From Octopus vulgaris (taxonomy: Eukaryota), in assembly GCA_951406725.2 (NCBI GenBank), contig OX597826.1:83390001-83454000 (forward strand): a stretch of DNA of 64,000 nucleotides, read 5' to 3'. The stretch's first letter is position 1. Each line of letters opens with the position of its first letter. This document shows positions 39,221-52,700 of this stretch, piece after piece. A program made the translations under genes and the position numbers. The notes under the pieces were generated by a model, which did no database searches, was not told the DNA's origin, and worked only from the letters and a program-made list of their open reading frames with translations.

Positions 39221-39819
39221 TGATCTTTAATAAAATTCCTAATAAGAATAATCCTGTTTTGTAAACACCATCTGCCACAGTTTGGCTGCTAAATCAATAT
39301 CTTCATAATAAACTGGAGGCTTTTTATAAGAAGCAACAATCAATAATTTTGGTGAGGGAGAAAAGAAGTGCAATGTAATGATGTTCCATTTCTTCATTAA
39401 TTATATTAAATACCACTTATTATATTACCTTGTCTTTTATTATGGACCCTCAACTCATGAAATGATTATAGGGGCAGCATTGTATCGTGTGACATGTAAA
39501 CCTATCAGAGCCTATCCTACTCTATGTCTAGTTGGGATGGAATTCTCCAACAGAGAAAGAATGCAAGGATCAACCCTTAAACAGCTTTTATTTAGTGACT
39601 AGCCAAAAGGATGAAAGGCAAAGTAACCTCTGAGCAGGGAACCAGAACAAATACTGCCAGGCATTCTACCCTAGACAAGAGTGACAAGAGCTGCCAGCCT
39701 GTCGTCTGGAACGTAAGGAGATTCCACCAAACATAAACTATCATTCCAGATTGCCAGGAACTTGATCCTACAGTAACCCCTACACCTTAATTATATACTG
39801 AATCACAAACTAAAAAGAG

Positions 39820-40000
39820 GACTCATTGCATGGGCACTCAATCTGCTGAAAGTAGCAGCCAAATCTCCCTTAAATTACAACTGAAAAGAAAGGACATATT
39901 AGAAGAAAAATGTTGCCTGGGTTACTGAAAATAAAAGATGAGATGGCCATGGATGGAACACCTTTCAATACAGGCCTACTCAATCAGAGTTGAGCAACAA
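39820..40000 (+). mobile_element. Family C interspersed repeat
   Basis: agtagcagccaaatctccct...gatggccatggatggaacacctt. Confidence 0.65.
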
Positions 40001-40399
40001 CATATTGTAATATATTTAATGGTTATAAAACAAACAATGCCGTAATTGTACTGCAGGAAATATTAGTGGCCTTTGAGATTATCTACATTTTATTTAGCAG
40101 ATAATATCTAAGGATTTATTTCCGACACCTGCATTTTTTTTTTTATTATTGTCTGAAAAGTCATTGTGAGACAAAAGCAGTTTCTTCAATTTATCAACAA
40201 AGAAAACTGTAAGGTTCCATACGAGCTGCACGTCCTGTTTGCAGCATTGGTCATGTAGCAGACAAAGACATCTTGAACCAGTTCAAGGTAATAACCATAA
40301 ATCAAGGTTTTATAGCAGTTTCACAGCTGTTTTAAAAGCCAAGATGCACGAGTGTCAGGTGTGCAACTAATTAAAAGCACAGGTGATTTATCTGTTTTT

Positions 40400-42180
40400 G
40401 CATATCAAGGTAAAGGTGATGCATTAGATAGAAATATTTACAGAGGTATCAAATGGTTGGATCAGGTGATGAAAGTTACAGAGAGGGTCATAGCCCAACT
40501 AATTAAGGAGAGAGTTAGCCTAGATGAGATGCAGTTTGGTTTTGTGCCAGGGAGAAGCACCACTGATGCTATATTTCTGGTAAGGTAGTGGCAGGAGAAA
40601 TACATAGCGAAAGATAAACCTTTGTACTTGGCTTTTGTTGACTTGGAGAAAGTTTTTGACAGGGTGCCCCAATCCCTTATCTGATGGTCAATGTTGAAAC
40701 TAGGGATTGATGAGTGGTTGGTGAGAGCCATGCAAGCCTTGTACAGGGACACTACCAGTAAGGTGAGTGTGGGCAAAAAGTACAGTGAAGAATTCAGGGT
40801 ACAAGTAGGGGTTCACCAAGGATTGGTCCTAAGCCCCCTCTTGTTCATTGAAGTCCTCCAGGCAATAATGGAGGAATTCAAGACTGGGAGCTCCTTTATG
40901 CTGATAACCTTGTTCTTATAGCTGAATCACTACCTGGACTAGAGAAGACATTTCAAGTATGGAAGCAAGATTTAGAATCAAAGGGCCTCAGAGTTAATCT
41001 AGCAAAAACCAAAGTCTTAGTATGTAGAAAGGTAGACAAATCACAAATGCCTTCAGGTAAGAGGACCTTGTTCAATATGTAGAAAAGGCAGAGGTAGAAA
41101 GTGCATAAGATGCACCCAGTGTAAGCTTTGGACACATAAAAGGTGCAGCAACATTAGAGGAAGGCTAACAGGGAAACCAGCTTTTATATGTGGAAGATGC
41201 ACAGGTACAATAAACGCTGAAAAGGTGCAGAAAATAGACTATCAACTACTGGGGGGGCAAGCTAGAGGTAGTAGATAGCCTCCATTATCAAGGTGACCGA
41301 GTTAGTAGTGGAGGTGGATGCTCCAAGAGCATGTCTGTGAGACTAAGATTAGGCTGGGAAAAGTTCAGACATCCCTGCTGGCAACAAAGAGCCTCTCTCT
41401 CAGAGTGAAAGGCAGATTGTATGATGCCTGTTACGCTACATGGACGTGAAACATGAGCTGTGACAGCCAAGGACATGTGTAGGCTTGAAAGAAATGAAGC
41501 CAATATGCTTCACTGGATGTGTAATGTCAGTGCACATGTTTGACTGAGTGTCAGCATCTTGAGAGAAAAGTTGGGCATAAGAAGCATCAGATGTGGTGTG
41601 CAAGAGAGACGAATGCACTGGTATTGTCATGTGATGCCTATGGACAGCTGTGTAAAGAAGTGATGATCCCTAACTGTTGAGAGAACTTGTGGTAGAGGTA
41701 GACCCAGGAAAACATGGAATAAGGTGGTGAAGCATCATCTATGAATTTTGGGCCTCACAGAGGCAATGACTAGTGACCAAGACCTTTGGCAATATGCTGT
41801 GCTTGAGAAAAACACCTGCCAAGCCAAGTGAAATGGCAGTTGTGGCTGATGCAGGGGTCATGTAACCGGCACTTTTTGAAAGTGGTTGAGCTCCTTTCAA
41901 ATGTTGGGCTTCACAGAGGGAATCACTGAGACTTTTGGCATTATGTTGTGCTTGAGAAGAAGCCAAGTAAAATTGCAGTCGTGGCAGATACTGGTGTCAC
42001 GCAAATGGCACCTGTGCCAGTGGAATTTAAAAGCACCCATTACACTCTTAGAGTGCTTGGTGTTAGGAAAGGCATCCATGCCAAAACAGAGTGGGGTTTG
42101 GTGCAGCCTTCCAGCTTGCCAGCCCTTGTCAAACTGTCCAACCCATGGACAATGGACATATGATGATGTTGATGATGAAA
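40400..42180 (+). mobile_element. 5'-truncated RTE-clade LINE (RT domain to 3' tail), inactivated
   Basis: YRGIKWLDQVMKV, QFGFVPGRSTTDAIF, FVDLEKVFDRVP, GVHQGLVLSPLLF, LLYADNLVL, GLRVNLAKTKV, RGRPRKTW; (GAT)n tail; stops and frameshifts. Confidence 0.96.
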
Positions 42181-43921
42181 ACTGTCCAGTTTTACTCAAT
42201 TTAATGAACCCAATATGCAGATAAGCTGGTCTTTGTATGGCAGTGTTTTGGTATTTGACTCTGTACCTCGCTGCCACAGAATTCACAATCTTGTCTTCAT
42301 GTGAGGGAATTCGATTTTGGTATTCTAAAGCACAAAATTGAACAGCAATTCATAACTTGATTCAATTCAACAATGAACCCCAGCCTTCTCTCATTCACCC
42401 AATTCTTATCTGTTCTACAAGATAAGGACAGTGCAGAAGCCTAGTACTTTACTTGTTTCACTGTGTATTGACAAGGTGAAAAAAACCAGAGGCCCTTACC
42501 CACCTAAGCTCAAGCTAATCTCCAAGAGATCTTGTGAAGGTTATCAGATCATATCGTTCCTCTTAACCCAACCATTCAAAAGATGTTGAAGCATCAACAT
42601 TCTATGTAGCCATGTCAACGGTGACCAAACCAAGACATGGTTTAGCTCAGCTCACCAGTACACATGTACTAAGTTAAAGTCAAGGGGTCACTTGTTACGA
42701 GGCCATGCTTGCTGATGAGTGACACCTGTCCTGTACAGTGCTGTTACTAGATGGGAATTTCATCTAACAAAACGAACTTTTAACTGCCATATCTCCCTTC
42801 TACAACTTGTTTTATTTTCTCTTCTTCTTCTTCAAAGATTGTCTCATCCTCATTCTGTGCTCAGCAATATGGTCCTAACAGTCATCAACCTGCTCCATTT
42901 TGTGCTAAATACAAAACTACTTTGGCCCTGCACTTTACCTCAGACTTTCAGAAGTTTCTGCTTCAAACAATAAGGACATTTTCCCTGCAGACTTCACAAC
43001 ATAGAACTTGTTTCCAAACCTTAAATGCAGGGTGAGGTGAGAACAGATCACAGCTGTCATCATTCTGTATATCACAAGATTGTGTTTAATTACTTCCTCT
43101 TGACTACCTTAATTATTCTATTCAATTTACTGATAATATACATACACCATCATACCAAATCTGTTGGCCTCCCATTAGATTTTGCTCTCCTCTCAGGTGT
43201 CTGGCTGAAGTAACTCACTCTTTACATCCATTTGCTTCTGGTCGAACAAGTCAACTACCTCAGCAGACCCACTTTTCATTGTGCCAACACTGAGGAAGGC
43301 AAACCAGAAATTTAAAAGCTCTTCACATGACTTGGTTTCACAATAAAAAAATTTAAAAAACTCAAAGACATAAAACAATTGCCAATAGAGAGATACACCT
43401 GTCCATATTTACCTTTAGCTTAAGTAAAAACATGAAGTGCTACGTACCTATAAGGATAACCATGATACTTGGAACGGAAAATGGATAGCAATAAACTGAA
43501 AAAGAAGGCCACACAGCCTACTCCTACCAATGCCATAACTGAAAAATAGAAGAGATACAGTTCTTAGAAATGGTAAGAGCAAAATATATTTAGAGAACCA
43601 ATATTTACATAGAATTACTTTGATATTACATTCAAATAAATATCTTTGCCATTAGAGTAAGTTCATGTTTCTTTCATATTCAGCAGAAAATAGTTCACTC
43701 TTTCTGTTTATTCATAGAAACGGATAAATTTAAGATGTTAGATTATTCCTACAATGGGAGATCTCTCTCTCTCACACACACTCTTCCTTTGTTTCTGGTA
43801 CGAGAAGTTAGTTCTTTCTGTTTCACAGCACAGACTTAACATCATAGTCTTGTAATAATTCACAGCTCATATTGAGCACTTTGGGAGAAATATACCATGC
43901 TAAGATTATAATGCACCCTAG

Positions 43922-43952
<31 letters not shown>

Positions 43953-45811
43953 CGCGTGTGAGCATGTGTGTGCGCACACGTGTGTGGGCATGCACATACT
44001 TCTGGACAAATGAAAAAGGATATTTTTTTTACAGATTGCAGCCAATCGACTGTAGCATAGCTGAAGCCATACCATCTGGGTACAATCCATTGTACCCTTC
44101 TGGGGTACAATCAATTAAATCAGCCTCAAAAGATTGAAAGACAGGGTGGACTTGGATCGGATTTGACATAATAGACATTATAACTGATAAGCCACAGTTT
44201 CAAATTGAACCCTATTAAACACCAGGTATTAAATAAACAATAACTTCCCAGTAGAAAATAACAACGATGCTACAAAGAGCAATCAGTGGGACACATGTCT
44301 ATGTTTCCATGGTAGCACCATATCTGCCCATTGAGCAAGACTTGATTTCTGTTGCTTTGTTGTTTTTCATGAAATACGATCCACATTAAAACAAATGTTT
44401 TGTTTTGTTTTTGGGGTTTTTTTTTTCAGATATAAAGGGGAGATAACTTTGGACAGGTTCCTACAAGACTGACTGTCAACGTCACCATCAGCAGATGCTG
44501 TGTTGCCATACTTTCTGATTTGGCAGCAAACAGTCTGCCATGTAAAATATACAAAAAATGTGTGAGAGCAGAGAAAGAGAGAGAGAGAGAGAGACTGGCT
44601 TTAAAGATGAAAGAACAATTCTGAACTGTCATCTGCAGAATAAATAATATATGGAACTTAAGACTAATTAATGTGTGTGTGTGTGTGTGCACGCATCTAC
44701 AGAAAATTAAGTGCCTTGCTCAAGAACACAACACCTAGACTGAGCAATAGGTTGCATCCTCTAGCAAGGGGCTGCAAGTCCAGTCTGCTCAGCTAGAAAT
44801 GAGTCCCAGTCCAAGAGATATCTCTCTCTTTCTCTCTCTTCTTATTCCAGTTGTTACATCCTCCTCCACGTTAAAGCTCAGTGGGCAAAAGCATGGTCCA
44901 TGCCACGGGCCATATTTGCTATAGAGTGACAGCTATGGCTTTTGGTCATACACATACAACTCATTGATTGATTGATTGAATGTCATATGATGAAACACCA
45001 GTGTTCTGGATGCCCTGCCCCACCATCCATGTCTTTAAAAACCCACAATTTTCTTTGAGATGTTTCCCTGAGACAAACTATTATAGCTTATACTATTCCA
45101 TGTTTGTATACAAAGCATGTTACAGACTCCAACAATTTAATCAGAACCGGTTGAATAAACAAAAAACATTTTAATGTTTGTCTAAATAAATATTAATACA
45201 AGACCATAAATGATAAACTTAGGTGAGCTTTGTGGCCAGAGTTGGTACTGAGCTGGACTCAATACTCTGCTGGTGATGTTTCCTTAACTCCAGAGAAGAT
45301 TAAAGAGGTAAAGACAACCTTGGAAGGATTTGAACATCAAAGAATGTCATCACACAATTCACCACCTGTTGATTGATCTGAAGAAATATTTAAAAGAAGA
45401 AAAAAACTAAGATTTTACTTACTTTTTTTCTTGCCTGGATCTCCTTTTAAATTATTAGCTTCATTAAGTAGAATGAAACCTATCACAACAGCAGCATCTG
45501 AGACGAAGTTAAGGGTTTCAACACGAAGGAAATGTTACACAAATTGCAAAGTTTTGAACCAAGTAATGGAATTGTGATAAAGAAACACACACACACACAC
45601 ACACAGAGGTTTAGTAGAACAATGAGGGGAAGAGAAGTCAATACACGAGTATATTTTTTATTTTTCTGACAATTAAAATATTTACATATATACACACACA
45701 TATACACCTGTATGCATGCAGGTGTACATGTATTCATTTATTCTGATCTAAGGCTTCCTTCTCTCACTACTCTGAGTTTCACATTTACATTTCGCAATTC
45801 AAAATTTTCAG

Positions 45812-45852
<41 letters not shown>

Positions 45853-46778
45853 CATCTCAACCGAAAGTTCAAATGCCTGCTTTTGTAGAGTCTAAAAGTA
45901 TAGAAAACTGCTTCTAGGCAGAAAAGTGATGTATCCGACAAAGACGAGTGATACAGGTTGACCAGATGATAATTGGTTAATGAGAGAGAGACGTTAAGTA
46001 AATGTTATAAGCAAAAAGAAAACCACAAATATTTCATTGAAATATGGACACAACCTTTCTTCAATTCACATTGACCTTTGATTTGCCTTTCAATATTTCC
46101 CCCATGATCCTTGATGTTTTATTTTACAATTAGAATTAACAATAAAGTCACTAAGCAGCTTTATTGATGGGAGCTAATGACTAAATGCCTATAAAGACCA
46201 CAAGAATAGAGAGCAGAGGTGGGTAAACCACATCAAACCAGAAACACTATAAGAACTGTTAACTTGTACCAAACTGGATTGTTTGTAGGTGAGAAAACAA
46301 CCGAAGAACCGAGAAGCAATGAGTTGGGTGACATCTTTGGAATGACTGTGTTGTGCGTGTGAGAGCAGAGTTCACCTGGCATCCCTTTTAGGCCACAAAC
46401 ACAGCCATGAACTAACCAACGACACAAACACTTCTCAGTTCTAAATAGACTCCGGCCTCAATCAAAGACAATAAAGTTCTAAAGCAATAAAATAAACAAC
46501 AATTTTCTCAAGAAACATTAAAAACCCATTTGCTAGGTTTTTCTTAGCTGTATGTTGTTGTTATTGTTTTTTCTTATAGTTTTTTATTGCTTTTGTCATC
46601 ACTACAACAACAACAATTTGTTTTATTTACTGCAAGGACAAGAACAACAATAACAAATTACAAAAAGTCTTCCTTTTTGTTTCCCTCAGTCCTGAATGAA
46701 ATAAACAACACAACAATAATAAAAAAAAACTCTGCTGCTGCTCTCAGGCATTGGACAGTGGCAATGCTGGAGCATTTG

Positions 46779-46976
46779 GTTGTCTGGGTTCCAGGCCTAT
46801 CTTCTGCACGAATTAACTCACTGGTCTACAAAGAAAGCTGCAGCTAAATTTTCTGTCTTTTGTCTATTTAAGTAATAAGAAAACTAATCTATATTCTTTT
46901 ATCTTCTTGCTTTCAGTTGTTTTATTTCTTTCCTTGGCTCATGTTTTTATTTTTGAAATTGTCTCCATATCAAAGA
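46779..46976 (+). repeat. 198-bp local duplication, copy 1
   Basis: Matches 48689-48886 with two visible substitutions. Confidence 0.95.
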
Positions 46977-47289
46977 AAGCAACATAACTAAACACTGCAC
47001 TCTATTTCATCTGGTTGCTCTACCAATTCCGTAATTTAACTTTGATATAACTTTGGAGATAAAAGAAGTTATACATGACATAGTCAACCCCAGGGTTTGA
47101 TTTTATGAGGGGATTTTTTGAGAAGGGGGGGTAGTGAATGGAAGATAAAGTTGTCCCCAGTGACATTTGAACTTTGAATGTAAAACAAATGAACAGCTCA
47201 AAGCAATTTTACTGGTGCTCTACCGATCCTGTTTCCAAACCATTCCCAACCCCATGACCTGAAAATAAAACCTGATAGGTGAAACGCAC

Positions 47290-47490
47290 ATTGGTTTCAT
47301 ATTCTGGCACAAGACCAGCAATTTGGGGGTGAGCTAAGCTGATTACATTGACCCCCAGCACTCACCTGGTACTAATTTTATTGACCCCCGCCACAAAAGA
47401 TGAAAGGCAAAGTCAACCTCGTCAGAATTTGAACCCAGAACGTAAAAACAGAGGAAATGGTGCCAAGTATTTTGCCCAGTTCACTGCCTT
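47290..47490 (-). mobile_element. Family A SINE
   Basis: ggcacaagaccagcaattt tail; gatgaaaggcaaagtcaacctcgtcagaatttgaacccagaacg. Confidence 0.8.
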
Positions 47491-48444
47491 AGATAAAAAA
47501 AAAAAAAAATTTCTTCAAACAGAAATAATAATTAGAACAAATACCTGCTAATTGATGTTAATGGGGATTGTTGACAAATTAAGTGAAGTTGATAATTTGC
47601 TTGACAAATAAAGAAAAAGGAATGATTTAGTGTAAGTTGGAGTATGTGTGTGGGGTGGAGGGGAGGAGCAATTATTTGGAGAGGAAACAAGAAAAAAAAT
47701 AGCATGTGCACACCCACCCACGCACACACTGCTGCTGTCCAAATTGAAAAATGACAGCATTATTACAAAGTTTATTACTCCTAGCAGTATTACAAAGTGG
47801 CCATGACCCAAATGATTCACAAACGACCCATAGAGTCAGATGAGCAGCACACCACTCTAAGTAGTACAAAACTGGGTGCTCTGATGGCAGTGGAGTGTTT
47901 GTCCTAGGAACAATACTTTTACAACATCATGCAAGCCTACACATACACAAATATGAAAATTAGCTCTATATTTGGTCACTTGATTGGCAAGAAAGTACAA
48001 CCAAATCTACATCAAATCACACCCCATCATCTTAGAAAAGGACACACTCATTCATATGGTTCTAAGTTCCCTGCTCAAAGGAAAATGATAGGATGGTCAC
48101 AATTGGAATGCCGTTGATCTTAAATGTGTTTGATCAAAGCTGGCCTGGGGCTAAACAATAATAGATATGCATTCAAACCTACTTGTAATGCTAAGATTCA
48201 AAATAAGATCAGATATTACACAATAACCCTAGCCCTACCAAGCACTAAGTGACCAACCAATTATCTTAAGAATACTAAACAAGCCAATAACGGTAACTAA
48301 GAGCTATAGAGGAATTCTAGTCCCCCAATGAACCTGCTTCTCTTTTCTGGCACAAAGTCCTGCTTTCGTGTCTAATTTCGTGTAATTCAACTTTAAAGTG
48401 AAATGCTTTGCTGCACACAAAGGCTGTCAGAGCTGATCCCAGGT

Positions 48445-48750
48445 TTGACAAACTCTTCTTCTTCTTCTTTTTCTTCTAAATCCATTGCAAGGTTGGAAAC
48501 CCTTCCACATTGTCAACAGCCCTCTCAGGGTCACAAGCATTTTCCCCCCTTAGCCTGTACACTTCACCTGAAGTGAAGGGCAGTGAGAACTGAGCTAGTC
48601 TTCACCTAGAGAGATTCCACTTGTGGTCTCCTTTCAATCATTGCCATCTTGAGCTAGTCTGTGCCTATTTCCTTGGTGGCTTTCTTCAGTTGTCTGGGTT
48701 CCAGGCCTATCTTCTGCACGAAATAACTCACTGGTCTACAAAGAAAGCTG
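48445..48750 (-). mobile_element. 3' fragment of a HERO/NeSL-like RLE retrotransposon
   Basis: VSYFVQKIGLEPRQLKKATKEIG followed by a decayed W..KR..W-type end, a short 3' UTR and a (GAA)n tail. Confidence 0.5.
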
Positions 48751-48886
48751 CAGCTAAATTTTCTGTCTTTTGTCTATTTAAGTAATAAGAAAACTAATCT
48801 ATATTCTTTTATCTTCTTGCTTTCAGTTGTTTTATTTCTTTCCTTGGCTCATGTTTTTATCTTTGAAATTGTCTCCATATCAAAGA
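48689..48886 (+). repeat. 198-bp local duplication, copy 2
   Basis: Matches 46779-46976. Confidence 0.95.
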
Positions 48887-49559
48887 CTTACATGACATTA
48901 TCACAAATCCATCTTCAAAATGCTGCTCCATGCAAACATTCTCAGATAAGAAAACATTAGAAAACAATATTTGCCATACAACTGAATACTGAATGTGAAG
49001 AAACAAGAGGAACCATGTTGGTATAATTGCTGAGAGACAAACAATGGCACAAATGTGCAAACTCTGAACTGATATTGTACAACATCAAAGAGAGAAAATG
49101 GCCAGCATTCATTTAGAAAATAAATAAAAGCAGTGCATGATAAGAAATGAAGAAGTTTTGCAAAATAATTTCTTGAAAAGGAGCAAAGCACATATGAAAC
49201 ATAGAGGCACAACATTGTAGAATTTGCAGAAAGTTTAAGATTTTACAAGAGAAATGCAATGAAGAGAGAATTTAAGAGGAAATTATTGACAGTCGCAATT
49301 TTAATATAGCACACACGTACACAAAAGTATATACACATGCACACACACATATGTAAATACATATATCACCATCATCATTATTATCATTTTAATGACCACT
49401 TTTCTATGGCTGCATGAGGAGGACAGACTTTTTTGGAGACAGATTCTCCACAACTGGATACCTTTCCTGTTGCTAACCCTCATCATTGGTTTCCAAGAAA
49501 AATAATATTTCGCCATGACCAAACAGGTTTCCACACACAATTAGAAACAAATGATACTC

Positions 49560-50140
49560 TTTTTACTCCTTTCCTTGTCTCAGTCATTCGACTACGGTCA
49601 TGCTGGAGCACCACCTTTACTCAAACAAATCAAACCCAGGAACTATTCTTTGTAAGCCTAGTACTTATTCTATCGGTCTCTTTTGCTGAACTGCTAGGTT
49701 ACAGGGACATAAACACACCAGCATCGGTTGTTAAGTGATGTTGAGGGGGACAACCACAGACACACATACATATAATATACCAGAGGCTTCTTTCAGTTTC
49801 CATCTACCAAGTCTGTGCACAAGGCTATAGTAGAAGACACTTACCCAAGGTGCCATGCAGTGAGACTGAACCCGGAACCATGTGGTTGGGAAGCAAGCTA
49901 CTTACCACACAGCCACTCCTGCTTGCAATGACAGAGACATTCCTTTACAACTCTCAATGTCAAGGAAACAGTAACACACACACATCCAATGGGTTTCTTC
50001 CAATTTCTCTCCACCAAATCCACTTGCAAGGTTTGGCCAGCCCAAGGTTATAGAAGAAGGCGCTTTTCCAAGGTGTCCAGCTGTGGGATTGAACCCAGAA
50101 CAATGTGGTCGGGAAACAAGAGGCAAGAGTTTCATGCACT
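49560..50140 (-). mobile_element. Family B SINE (near full length) plus a second partial copy
   Basis: Minus strand: ggagtggctgtgtggtaagtagcttgcttcccaaccacatggttccgggttcagtc...ccagcatgaccgtagtc. Confidence 0.9.
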
Positions 50141-50183
50141 GACACTTCATAAGTGACTTCTGCTGATTACTAATGTGTGTGTG

Positions 50184-50237
<54 letters not shown>

Positions 50238-50559
50238 AAGAAGCCAATGTATCCAGCTGTGTTTCCAAAGCAAACAATACTCTTAAACTGAATAAAACTT
50301 GCTAACAATCAATAAACAACAATTCCGTTTGTGTGAGATTTCGGTGAGACAGACCAATCCTTCAGATTTATAAACTAAGTTCAAAGAAGCGGGAAAATAT
50401 ATAAAAAGTAAAGTAGACACGTGGATCTTTTTCTTTTTACCCGTTCCTGTCATTAGTGTGTGGCCAGGTTGGGTTAACAGCTTTACGTGTTTTACTCAAA
50501 GATCATATCAAGCCCAGCATTTCACTCTGGTGTTTACTTCATCAATCACATAGAGTGTA

Positions 50560-50970
50560 CCAGGCATGGCTGTGTGGTAAGAGGCTTGCTTCCCAACCAC
50601 CTGGTTCTGGGTTCAGTCTAATGGTGTGGCATGTTGGGAAAGTGTCTTCTACCACAGGCTGACCAAAGCTTTGTGAGCAGATTCAATAGAAGGAAACCAA
50701 AAGAAACCCATCGTATACGTGTGTGTGTGTGTGTGTGTGCAAAATTATGTGTGTTTTGATGTTTGTGTTTGTCCCCCACCACTGCTTGACAACCAGTATT
50801 AGTGCGTTTATGTGGCCGAAACTTAGCAGTTTGACAAAAGAGACTGATAGAACAAGTAGCATTCTAAAACAGATAACGAGTTCTGGAGTCAAGTGATTCA
50901 ACTAAAAATCCTTTTCAGGCTGTGCCCCAGCATGAGCACAGTCTAATGAGACTGAAACAAGTAAAAGACT
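50560..50970 (+). mobile_element. Family B SINE, full length
   Basis: ggcatggctgtgtggtaagaggcttgcttcccaacc...(GT)n...gactgaaacaagtaaaaga. Confidence 0.9.
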
Positions 50971-51189
50971 AAGAAGACAGCCTGGCAACGGCTGAATGTC
51001 AGATGAAACAAACAAACAAGCTTTAAAACGTAATGAGTTTTGCCGCTGGAGAAATGCGAGGTTAAAACTGAAATTTAACAAAGAGACAAGTCTAGCCAGG
51101 GAAAGGAAGAGTTGAGGTTCAATCCATTCTGCAAATTATAGTCACCAAGTAGAAGAAGGATCAGTAAATATAGAATTATTGTCAGGAAG

Positions 51190-51555
51190 TAGAAGTGGCT
51201 GTGTGGTAAGTAGCTTGCTCACTAACCACATGGTCCTGGATTCAGTCCCACTGAATGGCACCTTGGGCCAGTATCTTCCACTATAGCCTCAGGCTGACCA
51301 AAGCCTTGTAAGTGGATTTGGTAGATGGAAACTGAAAGAAGCCCCTTGTATATATGTGTGTGTGTGTGTTTGTTCCCCCACCCCACATTAACTTGACAAC
51401 TGATGTCGGTGTATTTATGCCCCTGTAACTTAGCAGTTCAGCAAAAGAGACTGATAACATAAGTACTAGGCTTACAAAGTCCTGGGGTCAATTTGCTCGA
51501 CTAAAGGCGGTGCTCTAGCATGGCTGCAGTCAAATGACTGAAAAAGTAAAACGGT
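51190..51555 (+). mobile_element. Family B SINE, full length
   Basis: gtggctgtgtggtaagtagcttgc...tggcaccttgggc...gcagtcaaatgactgaaaaagtaaa. Confidence 0.9.
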
Positions 51556-52189
51556 AAGATAGAAATTATTGAAATAATTCTTCACACACAGTAATTCTTC
51601 AGATTGACAGGGAACATAAACAGGGACCTTAAAACTAGGCCATTCTCCAAATAAAGATTATGCAACCAATTTCCCAGCAGTCGATCAGCAGCTACCATTT
51701 TTAATTATGTGAGGACACTTAAATTTCCAGTGATCATCATCAATGACTTTTTTGCTATCAAACCATCACAACACACAAGCACCTGTTGAGTATCGGGGTC
51801 AATGGGATCAAATAGACCCTTCCTGAACCAAAAAAGCCTTGTGCCTATAATAGAAAGGGTTTTAATGATTATTATTTCTAGTAATGGTTAAGGAGGCAAA
51901 AATTCAATTTATTAACATGTAAAAGAATCAGTAAAAAGTATTTGTTCTAACCAATGAAGAATTTCTTGAATGAAATATTTCAGCAATTTTAAAATCTTGA
52001 ACAATTTTGAAATTGGGTAAAAATTTTTAGCAGCTGGACACAGGAATACAGCGGAAACCGTTAGTTTTCACATAATAAAGAAATTCATTTTACTATTGCA
52101 ACAGATGTAGAATCTTTTAGGTGGTGCCATAATTAGGCTTACTCCTGTTTCAACATTTATAGCCATTATTGTCATCATCATCATCATTA

Positions 52190-52700
52190 TTATGATTATT
52201 GAGTGAGAGAGCAGCGTATGCCATCAAAGTGATGCTGGGGTACAAATATACGAAGCCCAATATACCCATCATGACTACCTGTCTGATAAGGATACACCAT
52301 ACATATGCAGCATGGTGATCCCATATCAAGATAAACAGCACATAACCTTTTTTTTTTAAGGTTGAATAGCCTATCTCACTCAAAAGGTCCCTGAATAAGG
52401 TTTGTTTAAAGATGAACTCATGTTTCCAAAGGTGAATAAGTCAAACCCCAAGCAATCCCTCTCAACGCATAGCTATGATGCTCCCCCACTACTTCTGCTC
52501 GTGATCAGAGGTGCACATATTGTCAGCCACTAAGGGACATGCTCAACTGGTGGAAGTCAAGCAAATCTGTGACATTGAGCAGAATATTTGCTGTAGTCCA
52601 TCTTTTATACCAAAACAAAACAATGAATATGATAACACTTCCAATGAATTAAGATCAGAAGCCATGAGAGCCACTGCCTGGTACTGGATCAGGGCATTTA
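52190..52700 (-). mobile_element. Unclassified interspersed repeat embedded in (AAT/ATC)n
   Basis: Complex sequence bounded by trinucleotide tracts; recalled as a recurrent octopod repeat but not verifiable within this window. Confidence 0.4.

Noticed and set aside
46779-48886. LTR retrotransposon bounded by direct repeats
   Set aside because: No TG..CA termini, TSD, primer-binding site or coding remnants.
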